Below, in pieces: positions 1 to 6,672 of a DNA stretch of 13,705 nt. The notes under the pieces were generated by a model that was not told the origin of the DNA, did no database searches, and was given only the letters and a program-made list of their open reading frames with translations. Where the stretch lies: IMG/VR virus record IMGVR_UViG_3300033155_000407; one strand, written 5' to 3'. The position numbers were made by a program, and so were the translations under genes. Source of the DNA: a virus. Its lineage: Duplodnaviria > Heunggongvirae > Uroviricota > Caudoviricetes. The first letter of the stretch is position 1. Every line of letters begins with the position of its first letter.

Positions 1-268
1 ACGCTTCAGCGATTTGAGCATAAGTAAACTCACCAGGATTATCTGCTAGAAATGTTACTAGTGCTTCTTCTTGAACTTCAGAGAATTTGCGTGCACGAGG
101 GCCAGCCTTCTCTACTTCTTCACCCATCTTACGTAGCTTTGCGCTAACTGAACGGGTAGATACTTCTAATACTTCTGCCGCTGCCGCTGCCGCTTCTTGA
201 CTTACTGGGCGATCTCCGCCTACAGCTTCAAGCAATTGTGCTACTCTGTCTTCTGTCCATAAACTCAT
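1..268 (-). CDS. D5: T5 D5-like DNA-binding protein (N-terminal part; runs off the left edge; not in the ORF track)
   Basis: ATG at 268 with AAGGA 8 nt upstream. Reads MSLWTEDRVAQLLEAVGGDRPVSQEAAAAAAEVLEVSTRSVSAKLRKMG...FLADNPGEFTYAQIAEA, open to the edge. RSVxAKLR and FTYAxIAE resemble T5 D5 as recalled, and the position directly after ligB matches T5 gene order. Confidence 0.75.
   Translation of the reverse strand, partial: MSLWTEDRVAQLLEAVGGDRPVSQEAAAAAAEVLEVSTRSVSAKLRKMGEEVEKAGPRARKFSEVQEEALVTFLADNPGEFTYAQIAEA
175..194. repeat. Short tandem repeat (CTGCCG)x3.3 encoding the poly-Ala run in the D5-like gene
   Basis: ctgccg ctgccg ctgccg ct at 175-194; in-frame GCG/GCA codons on the minus strand. 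Confidence 0.8.
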
Positions 269-269
269 G

Positions 270-1025
270 TTATGTTTCCTTAATTAAACTTGCTATTGTT
301 ACTATTGGAATCTCTAAGGATTCCGCCTTTTTACTTTTACTTGAGTTACTACCGTCTTCGCAAACTAGATAATCCGTCTTTCCAGATACTCCAGTAGTAA
401 TTGTATAACCATAATCTTCTAGAAATTCTTTGGCTTTTGCCCTATTTGAAAAATCATTGAGTTTACCTGTTATACATACATTACCTTGGTGTTCCATGTT
501 TTTAACTTCAACAGTTAAAAACGTAAAATACTCTTCTAATTGTTCTACGTCATCTATATTATCACTTAAATAATCAAATAGATTATCCAAGGCCTTAGGT
601 CCTACACTTATATAACCTAAGAATTTTTCTTTACATAGATCCTCAATACTATTAATTTTAGCACCGATTTTCTTACTTGCAGTATCCCCAATTAAAGGAA
701 TACTTAACGCACTTAAGAACGTAGCAAAGGTAGTAGTTTTACTATTTTCAATTTCATTGAAAATCTTTTGTCCAATTTTCTCACCTAGAGCTTCCACATA
801 AGCCTGTAAATGAGTTTCATATATCTCCAAGGGATGGACAAAACCAAGTTTGGAAATACTTGCAGGGCCTAAGCCCTTAATACGCATTTTCTTTACGAAG
901 GCTTCCACCTTCTTTGTAGATTGAGCAGGACAATCTTTACTCCTGCAAAATAATTGAGAGTTAACTGTTTCCAAGTCTGATGAGCAGCTTGGGCATTGTG
1001 TTGGAATCTCTATTTCTATTGTCAT
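270..1025 (-). CDS. ligB: NAD+-dependent DNA ligase subunit B (Zn finger, HhH, BRCT), 251 aa
   Basis: CPSC...CRSKDCPAQ zinc finger, HhH motifs (IKGLGPASI, IPLIGDTAS, SVGPKAL) and C-terminal BRCT (VCITGKL...VSGKTDYLVC...KSKKAE). Start reassigned from 1061 to ATG 1025 because 1026-1061 is a consensus promoter. Confidence 0.92.
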   Translation of the reverse strand: MTIEIEIPTQCPSCSSDLETVNSQLFCRSKDCPAQSTKKVEAFVKKMRIKGLGPASISKLGFVHPLEIYETHLQAYVEALGEKIGQKIFNEIENSKTTTFATFLSALSIPLIGDTASKKIGAKINSIEDLCKEKFLGYISVGPKALDNLFDYLSDNIDDVEQLEEYFTFLTVEVKNMEHQGNVCITGKLNDFSNRAKAKEFLEDYGYTITTGVSGKTDYLVCEDGSNSSKSKKAESLEIPIVTIASLIKET

Positions 1026-1032
1026 TATATAT

Positions 1033-1061
1033 ATTATATCAAAGGTTGAGCAACCTGTCAA
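1033..1061 (-). promoter_or_regulatory. Sigma70-type promoter P1 (perfect consensus, extended -10) driving ligB and D5
   Basis: Minus strand: AAAAAATAGTTC-TTGACA(1061-1056)-17 nt-TATAAT(1038-1033), with TG at the extended -10 position and an A-rich UP-like tract. Confidence 0.9.
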
Positions 1062-1094
1062 GAACTATTTTTTGGTTGCATGAGTGTTTATTAT

Positions 1095-2039
1095 CTATTC
1101 CGCTTTCTTAATTATCCGTGGGATAATCCCGCCAGCTCTCTCTACCATTACGGCGTCACCTATATGTAAATCCAAGGCTTTAATAAAGCCAGGATTATTT
1201 AAGGTGGCCCTAGAAACTTTAGCCCCATCAATATCTACAGTATCTAAGATAGCTACCGGGGTTACCTTACCAGATTTACCCGTTTCCCAGTCTACTCTTA
1301 GAAGAATAGTCTTTACACCTTCTGAACGCTCTTTCATAGCATAAGCACCTCGCGGGTGTTTACTAGTATAACCTGCTGCGTAGAAATCTTTTAATGAGTA
1401 GTATCTAAAAACTACCCCATCTTGTGGATAATCATCTGTACTATGTGTCATTACTGTTTTAAAGCCTATATCTCTTAAATATCCTATAGTAGCTTGATAA
1501 GTTTCAAACATTGATTCCTGCATATCATATGCAAAAAAGGTAACTGCCTTTTCTTCAAAGGCTTCCGGACCTTTAAGATTAAGCGCTCCAGCAGCATAAT
1601 TTCTAGAATTGAGAATATCTTTATGTGCAACTATTTCTCCTGTAACTTGAAAAATATCTTTACGTTTTACTGTAGTGGGTATACCCATTTTATATGCTTT
1701 ACTCATAGTGAATAAGTGATCTACTCTTTCACCATATATACCATCGCCCCTAGTTACTATACTGTGTAATGTACCATTTAAATAGGTTATAGCTACGGCC
1801 GCACCGTCTAACTTAGGAGTTTCTTCGTACAACCAAGGTTCAGACTCTGTATATTCACCCACATATTCTTTACGTAAAGAATACATACGATATAAATGTT
1901 TACTACGTCCCTTATTTGTTCCCACACTTAAATCTTCAGAACAAACGTCTTCCAACGCATCATACTGAGAATCAGATATGATAGGCTCTCCGGCATAATA
2001 AGCAGCCTTACAAGTTTCTAAATATTCTTTTAAACTCAT
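1095..2039 (-). CDS. ligA: NAD+-dependent DNA ligase subunit A (adenylation and OB domains)
   Basis: Motif I PKLDG, TRGDG, VTGEI, SRNYAAG, DGVV, HPRGAYAMK, WETGKSGKVTPVA, SRATLNN and ERAGGIIP, all typical of LigA-family ligases; ends before the zinc finger, as in the T5 split ligase. Confidence 0.95.
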   Translation of the reverse strand: MSLKEYLETCKAAYYAGEPIISDSQYDALEDVCSEDLSVGTNKGRSKHLYRMYSLRKEYVGEYTESEPWLYEETPKLDGAAVAITYLNGTLHSIVTRGDGIYGERVDHLFTMSKAYKMGIPTTVKRKDIFQVTGEIVAHKDILNSRNYAAGALNLKGPEAFEEKAVTFFAYDMQESMFETYQATIGYLRDIGFKTVMTHSTDDYPQDGVVFRYYSLKDFYAAGYTSKHPRGAYAMKERSEGVKTILLRVDWETGKSGKVTPVAILDTVDIDGAKVSRATLNNPGFIKALDLHIGDAVMVERAGGIIPRIIKKAE

Positions 2040-2404
2040 TTACGTCTCGGTTTATGTGTAATCTTAGGCTTGAATTTTCTACGGGGTTTGGGCACAGGAA
2101 TACCTAGCAGCTCGCTAAGTTGTTCGCCCGGAGTTTTGATGTGTGTAGGGTAATGCAAGTATCCTGGTACAGGATTATAAAATTTAGGCTTGGGTATGGT
2201 TGGGTTAGATCCCGGCACTAATGGCTTAGATCTAGCAACGTACCCCTTTTCTTTTATTTCTTCTAACCTTTTTGCACATAATAGATCATTGGGGAATTTC
2301 TTGCAGTGTCGAGTTAATTTCTTAATCTTATTTTTCTCAGCACGATTGTCTGCCTTATATACAGCATACAAGCCCTTCCCTTTCTTACTCTTCTGTCTAG
2401 CCAT
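2036..2404 (-). CDS. Basic hypothetical protein, similar to the conserved T5-like ORF upstream of the ligase
   Basis: Very Lys/Arg-rich; NKIKKLTRHCKKFPND resembles the RxxRHxxxHPND motif recalled from T5-like phages; ATGA overlap with ligA. Confidence 0.65.
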   Translation of the reverse strand: MARQKSKKGKGLYAVYKADNRAEKNKIKKLTRHCKKFPNDLLCAKRLEEIKEKGYVARSKPLVPGSNPTIPKPKFYNPVPGYLHYPTHIKTPGEQLSELLGIPVPKPRRKFKPKITHKPRRK

Positions 2405-2606
2405 TATCTTGAGCCTCGTTCCAAGGATTAATCCCCGGTTCTGTTACAGCACCATTGTTCGCAATTATAGCAAAACACCACTCTTCCGCACCTCTTATAT
2501 GAATTTCAAATTGAATTTCATTTTCAGGTAGTTCGGGATGGCCAGTTTCTCTAATTACATTCTGTATTTTTTCTGATATTTCTCGTTTCTGTCTTACTGA
2601 AAACAT
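2397..2606 (-). CDS. Hypothetical phage protein (69 aa)
   Basis: TAATG overlap with the D2-like stop and 8-nt overlap with the next gene; THPELP-like GHPELPxxEIxF and NNGAV...NPWNE motifs. Confidence 0.7.
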   Translation of the reverse strand: MFSVRQKREISEKIQNVIRETGHPELPENEIQFEIHIRGAEEWCFAIIANNGAVTEPGINPWNEAQDNG

Positions 2607-3244
2607 TATTCTATCCTGTAATCTAATGTCTGTTGTGTTGTGACGAATTCATCGTCCCGTAATTTAAACTGTTTTAGTACTTTTAACTTACCTAATTCCC
2701 ACCAAGGTTGATAAGCAAATTGATTATGTTTACCGTATACCCATATACAATACACACTATCTTTTCCATCTTGAATTTCAGCAACCGAATTATATCTACT
2801 AGACCATACAAGTTCTTTAGGTTCGAAATTCTCTGATACCATTTCGTCTGGCATTAAATCTGGATTAAAATATGTACTATTCTTACTACGTTCTGGTAAG
2901 TGTAACTCTGTAATTTTATTCTTTATAACATTGATACTTCTAAAAGAACTCTTAGCTATACTAGAGATACTATCCCCAGATAAGTAATTGATTACAATTT
3001 CTTTAAGTTCTAAGTCCCCAAATGCTCTTCCCCTGTTCTCTTTCATACGCCTTTTTGTATAGGCTATTTTATCTTCGTATTCCTGTATAATACTACTTAA
3101 ACGTTTTGTATTATAAGAAATGTTTAGGATTTCACAAGCAACTTTCTTAGTTACTGGCTTGTCCTGCTTCAAAAGCTGGACGACGCGAGCTATTGTCGCG
3201 TCGTCCAAACGTTCGTAGTCTTTTTTTCTAATTCCACGCGCCAC
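2606..3244 (-). CDS. D2: T5 D2-like protein (putative HTH DNA-binding protein)
   Basis: GTG start. MARGIRK, TKKVACEILNIS, YLSGDSISSIA, ELVWS..Y and WELG..K.L match T5 D2 as recalled. Confidence 0.8.
   Translation of the reverse strand: MARGIRKKDYERLDDATIARVVQLLKQDKPVTKKVACEILNISYNTKRLSSIIQEYEDKIAYTKRRMKENRGRAFGDLELKEIVINYLSGDSISSIAKSSFRSINVIKNKITELHLPERSKNSTYFNPDLMPDEMVSENFEPKELVWSSRYNSVAEIQDGKDSVYCIWVYGKHNQFAYQPWWELGKLKVLKQFKLRDDEFVTTQQTLDYRIE
3177..3207 (-). terminator. Perfect 12-bp GC-rich hairpin inside the D2-like gene; candidate weak intrinsic terminator or attenuator
   Basis: mRNA UGGACGACGCGA-CAAUAGC-UCGCGUCGUCCA followed by GCUUUUG; arms at 3177-3188 and 3196-3207. The hairpin is seen directly; the terminator function is inferred. 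Confidence 0.5.
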
Positions 3245-3246
3245 TA

Positions 3247-3603
3247 TTAGGCCAGTAATTCTGTAATATATACTGCTGCCTTACCTGTAAGACGGTCACA
3301 AATATCACTATCTACTTCTTTTCCACCAGCTTCAATAGCTTTCTTTAACGCATCAATAGCTTCAGCTTTATTAACGCGAGTACTTTTCTTTCCGTCTCCC
3401 GTAGCAGTGCTTGCCTTAGCCACTTCTTGCTTAACGTATACGCCACCACGACTTAGGATCATGCGAACACCATTAGGTGTTTTTTCAATATCCTTAGCTA
3501 TAGTTTTAACTATTTCCATGCTAGTTTCTGGTGTGGGATTTTGAGCCTCATAAGTCTCAATAACCTCTGCTTTAAGCTCATCTGTCCACTCTTTTTCTGC
3601 CAT
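3247..3603 (-). CDS. D3: T5 D3-like (A2/D3 family) small DNA-binding protein
   Basis: WTDEL, SMEIVxxIA, TPNGVRMIL, SxRVNKAEA and LTGKAA match T5 D3 as recalled; strong AAGGA SD; own promoter directly upstream. Confidence 0.8.
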   Translation of the reverse strand: MAEKEWTDELKAEVIETYEAQNPTPETSMEIVKTIAKDIEKTPNGVRMILSRGGVYVKQEVAKASTATGDGKKSTRVNKAEAIDALKKAIEAGGKEVDSDICDRLTGKAAVYITELLA

Positions 3604-3633
3604 TTTTCTTCTTCCTTTTTCAAGTATTTATAT

Positions 3634-3662
3634 ATTATATCAAGCTTAACCTAAAAGATCAA
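3634..3662 (-). promoter_or_regulatory. Sigma70-type promoter P2 (extended -10) driving D3/D2
   Basis: AAAAAATCTTAAC-TTGATC(3662-3657)-17 nt-TATAAT(3639-3634); shares TTGATATAATATATA with P1 and P3. Confidence 0.85.
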
Positions 3663-3663
3663 G

Positions 3664-3939
3664 TTAAGATTTTTTGACTATATTTAAATTATAGTATCTA
3701 ATTTTTGGTTCGGTTTTTAATTGACCTATTTCTACCATAGCTTTTATAAACTTTGGAAAATCATAACCAGGAGTACCGAGTTCTGGTATAGCTAAGTCAG
3801 TTATATTACCATTCCATATTTCTAGTAAAGCTTCCCTCATATTCCATATTATCTTGTAAGACCTAAAAACTTTGGGGAACTGTGTATTTCTGGAGTTATG
3901 AATCTTAAAACAATAGGTATCAGCTATGATTGCTTTCAA
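3664..3939 (-). CDS. Hypothetical protein (91 aa)
   Basis: TTG start overlapping the def stop (TTGA); fills the gap up to promoter P2; no recognisable motif. Confidence 0.6.
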   Translation of the reverse strand: MKAIIADTYCFKIHNSRNTQFPKVFRSYKIIWNMREALLEIWNGNITDLAIPELGTPGYDFPKFIKAMVEIGQLKTEPKIRYYNLNIVKKS

Positions 3940-4451
3940 CTCATTCTCCCATTTCTTTTGTACTTGTGCATACTCTTTAAGAATTTACTTTTCGCGTACT
4001 CTGTCATCCTGTTAATCATTAAAATACCATTTAAATGATCTATCTCATGTTGCAAGCAGCAACTAAGTAACGCAGTAGCTTCTTCAATTTTTGTTTCTCC
4101 TGTTACATCTTCATACTCTACCGTAACACTTTTATGTCTGTTAATGACTGCTGTGGCGCCGGGCAGGGATAGACACCCTTCTTGACTCTTCACCATCTTA
4201 TCAGACATTTTTATAACTCGTGGGTTTATAAGAATTAAAGGATTATTACCATCTAATTCTACAACACACATCCTGAAGGGCAATCCTACTTGATTAGCAC
4301 TAAGACCTACGCCACCCCTATCGCGAAGTATCTCTAGCATACTGGAACCTATTTGTGTGAAAGTATCACTCTTTATATCTTTCTTAGGTATATCTAACAA
4401 TTTAGTAAACAACTCTTGGTTAGGGTGTCTCGTTATTGTTTTTACTGTCAT
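3936..4451 (-). CDS. def: Peptide deformylase
   Basis: All three PDF motifs: GVGLSANQVG, EGCLS and QHEIDHLNG. Confidence 0.96.
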   Translation of the reverse strand: MTVKTITRHPNQELFTKLLDIPKKDIKSDTFTQIGSSMLEILRDRGGVGLSANQVGLPFRMCVVELDGNNPLILINPRVIKMSDKMVKSQEGCLSLPGATAVINRHKSVTVEYEDVTGETKIEEATALLSCCLQHEIDHLNGILMINRMTEYAKSKFLKSMHKYKRNGRMS

Positions 4452-4648
4452 TTTATTTTCACACCTTTAAAAATTAAAAGCTCTACTTTAGCCTCTAAAA
4501 TTTCTAACCTTTCCTCTAGGGATAGTTCTTTTACTATTATTTTTTTGGCTTCTGGGGCTTTTTCTATTATTTCTTGAAAAGCTTCTAACAGTGAGGCTGC
4601 CTGTACTTCGGCAATCAAGTTATCATCTTTATCATACGCGTATGCCAT
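4448..4648 (-). CDS. Hypothetical protein (66 aa) with a C-terminal heptad (LSLEERLEILEAKVELL)
   Basis: Start reassigned from 4663 to ATG 4648 (AGGA SD, 1 nt after the upstream stop); ATGA overlap with def. Confidence 0.6.
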   Translation of the reverse strand: MAYAYDKDDNLIAEVQAASLLEAFQEIIEKAPEAKKIIVKELSLEERLEILEAKVELLIFKGVKIK

Positions 4649-4649
4649 T

Positions 4650-4814
4650 TTACTTCCTATCATTGAATTTAAACGTTGTGGCCGGACCAGGCATTAACCT
4701 TTTTGTAAGTCCGAAACACTCGTAGCACTTTTGTTGATCTTTTTCTTTCTTTAGTACAAAGCGCTCAAATACTATTGTGCAGTTATCACATTTATAATCA
4801 TATGTCGCAAACAT
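4650..4814 (-). CDS. FmdB-like zinc ribbon protein (54 aa; not in the ORF track)
   Basis: MFATYDYKCDNCTIVFERFVLKKEKDQQKCYECFGLTKRLMPGPATTFKFNDRK; YxYxCxxC...FE...CxxC...R pattern; TAAGGA SD 6 nt upstream. Confidence 0.8.
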   Translation of the reverse strand: MFATYDYKCDNCTIVFERFVLKKEKDQQKCYECFGLTKRLMPGPATTFKFNDRK

Positions 4815-5178
4815 CACTATTCCTTAGCATTATTTCCTTTTGTATAAATACTTTAGTTTCTCCTAAACTTTTAGGAAATTTATGATTAGGAAATGTTATA
4901 TGTTCTGTAAGCAAATGAATTCTTTTATCATACTTTAATCCAAGTAAGGATTTGAACCACTGCCAATTATCACTGGGGTAGCTTGCTATGACTTCTTCTT
5001 GTTGTAAAACTTGGGCAAAGGGTCTGTGTACTACTTGCATTTGAAACTTAGTCTCCGCTAGTATATAGTCTAGAAATACGTCGTCAAACATGGCTTCAAG
5101 TTCTATAAGTTTTCCCACGGTATAAGTTTGTCTTTCTAACTTTATTTCCTCTATACCCTTTAATTCGTGTTGATCCAT
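4798..5178 (-). CDS. Hypothetical protein (126 aa)
   Basis: ATG with AGGTGA SD; overlaps both neighbours; no function recognised. Confidence 0.65.
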   Translation of the reverse strand: MDQHELKGIEEIKLERQTYTVGKLIELEAMFDDVFLDYILAETKFQMQVVHRPFAQVLQQEEVIASYPSDNWQWFKSLLGLKYDKRIHLLTEHITFPNHKFPKSLGETKVFIQKEIMLRNSDVCDI

Positions 5179-5798
5179 TCTATCACCTGTTCTGTTAAAT
5201 ACTTACTATATACTGGAGGGATTGCTTGGGCTAGTTCGGATTTGGACATCCAATTAATGCCCATGGCATCAGACCATTCAGCAGTAGTTCCTACCCAGTG
5301 TCCTGCAACAGTATAAAAGTCGCCAGAATCCGCTCTACGTTTTTTTGCTTCATGTCCTTCATGCTTACACCCCATCTCTACTACTAGTGGTACATTTGAT
5401 TCAAAAAGTCGATGCCTAAAGACCTTTAAGTCTCCGGGGAACATAGTCCCGCACAACTTAACTGGGTTAAGTAATGGAGCACCGACTACATTTTCCATGA
5501 TGTAAGGCTTGCCAGACTTCTTGAGATAATGTCTTGTAATTTCAACCAAGTCTTGATAGTCAGTTCCCTCATTGCGTCTACAGGCCGATGACCAGCTATA
5601 GGCTTGACAAGGTGGTGAAGCCCATATAAAATCAAAATCATCGAGACCCATATCCATAAAATCAACAGCATCTTCACAAAAATAATCGTAAGGGTAGTTA
5701 AGCCCATCAGCACTATCAACCCCAATAACCTCAAAACCAGCATCTGCAATTCCTTTGCTAGCACCTCCTGCCCCGCAGAACAGATCTAATGCTATCAT
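5160..5798 (-). CDS. DNA (cytosine-5) methyltransferase, short phage type (212 aa)
   Basis: Motif I LDLFCGAGG, catalytic motif IV ASPPCQ, motif VI ENV, motif VIII-like RHRLFE, motif X-like AQAIPP; little room for a target-recognition domain. Confidence 0.9.
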   Translation of the reverse strand: MIALDLFCGAGGASKGIADAGFEVIGVDSADGLNYPYDYFCEDAVDFMDMGLDDFDFIWASPPCQAYSWSSACRRNEGTDYQDLVEITRHYLKKSGKPYIMENVVGAPLLNPVKLCGTMFPGDLKVFRHRLFESNVPLVVEMGCKHEGHEAKKRRADSGDFYTVAGHWVGTTAEWSDAMGINWMSKSELAQAIPPVYSKYLTEQVIEWINTN

Positions 5799-6088
5799 AT
5801 TGTTTCCTTTAGTATTCTATCTAATATCACAGAGTAGAAGTTAGATTTTAATATATCTTCATTCCCATTCTTCTCATGTGCTCTAATATGGTATTTAAGT
5901 ATGTTGCCCCTTAAATACCCTATATACTCTTCTCTAGTTAATACTGTTTCTATTAACTCAGTTACTTCTATTTTCTTACCTTTTACATTAATTTGGTAAT
6001 GTTTAGGGTGGTTGACCATATCTTTTGGCTGACCATTTGATATTATCTGCTCTATCCCATCTATCCAATGTCTGACTTCATCACTCAT
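5795..6088 (-). CDS. DUF3310 family protein (T7 gp1.7-like putative nucleotide kinase)
   Basis: DMVNHPKHY...GYLRGNILKY..RA..KNG.ED..K signature; ATG 6088 preferred over TTG 6094. Confidence 0.85.
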   Translation of the reverse strand: MSDEVRHWIDGIEQIISNGQPKDMVNHPKHYQINVKGKKIEVTELIETVLTREEYIGYLRGNILKYHIRAHEKNGNEDILKSNFYSVILDRILKETI

Positions 6089-6431
6089 ATTCAACCACTT
6101 TTACTATTAAACCCCTATCTGTTGCATAATCAATCATGTGCATAGTACCCTTACTCTTACCATTCCAAAAAGCTAACAGATGGTCCGCGTTTTTTGCCAT
6201 TAATTTATTTCTGCGTATCCCCGCAGATCTACCATACTTATTCCATTCAGCATGAAAACCTTCGAGAGGTAATTCATGCTGTGCGGCGAAGTCGCACGCT
6301 AGACTATCCGCACCTCTGGCCAATCCAGAGATTATAGTTACGGGGGTAGCTCCCCCTATAAACTCCAAGGCTTCCGCTTCTAACAGTTCATAATCGAAGA
6401 AATTGCGCCCACCTGCTATTATTAATCTCAT
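6081..6431 (-). CDS. DUF2493 / SLOG-superfamily protein
   Basis: IIAGGRNF, ISGLARGAD, AEWNKYGRSAGIRRN..M and AFWNGKSKGT..MI. Confidence 0.85.
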   Translation of the reverse strand: MRLIIAGGRNFFDYELLEAEALEFIGGATPVTIISGLARGADSLACDFAAQHELPLEGFHAEWNKYGRSAGIRRNKLMAKNADHLLAFWNGKSKGTMHMIDYATDRGLIVKVVEYE

Positions 6432-6484
6432 AAGTAAATAATCTCAAAATCACCGTTGGGTAAATGTTTAACTTCCCAATTCAT
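6428..6484 (-). CDS. 18-aa micro-ORF MNWEVKHLPNGDFEIIYL (not in the ORF track)
   Basis: AGGAG SD 7 nt upstream; ATGA overlap with the upstream stop (6481-6484) and with the DUF2493 start (6428-6431). Confidence 0.6.
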   Translation of the reverse strand: MNWEVKHLPNGDFEIIYL

Positions 6485-6672
6485 CCTAAATCTCCTAGAT
6501 CAGTTTCATCGGTTATGTATTGATAACCGCCTTTATCATAGGCAATAGCAACTCTTCCCCGCTTACGTTGGGATTCCAATTTAGCTTCTGCCTCTCCACA
6601 AGTTAGACACACAGTATAACCTAATGCTAGTCTTCTTGGGTCCACTTCCTCCATTCTACATTTACACAACAT
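6481..6672 (-). CDS. Small C4 zinc-finger protein, TraR/DksA-finger-like
   Basis: CKC-x16-CLTC with EEVDPRRLALG, resembling the ExIxxxRLxAxP spacer of TraR/DksA fingers; TAATG overlap upstream. Confidence 0.6.
   Translation of the reverse strand: MLCKCRMEEVDPRRLALGYTVCLTCGEAEAKLESQRKRGRVAIAYDKGGYQYITDETDLGDLG

Noticed and set aside
1026-1061. N-terminal extension MTGCSTFDIIYI of ligB in the ORF track
   Set aside because: Its TTG start is the -35 hexamer and the segment is a consensus promoter; ATG 1025 fits the zinc-finger start better.
1084-1344. 86-aa plus-strand ORF
   Set aside because: Antisense shadow of ligA; no SD and no motif.
1065-2399. Genome-wide amber (TAG) recoding
   Set aside because: All other genes are intact under code 11 with no internal TAG needed. 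TAG ends the 69-aa ORF at a normal overlap, and the ligase split is a known T5 feature.
2190-2531. 113-aa plus-strand ORF
   Set aside because: Antisense to two coupled minus-strand genes; its hydrophobicity mirrors Lys-rich codons on the coding strand.
5486-5764. 92-aa minus-strand hydrophobic ORF inside the methyltransferase
   Set aside because: Alternative frame of a well-supported gene. It looks membrane-like only because shifted GAT/GTT codons give Leu, Met and Ile; no convincing SD.
6314-6356. Two small stems (CTCTGG/CCAGAG and GGGGG/CCCCC) in the DUF2493 gene
   Set aside because: 5-6 bp only, explained by Gly/Pro/Ala codons; no terminator context.
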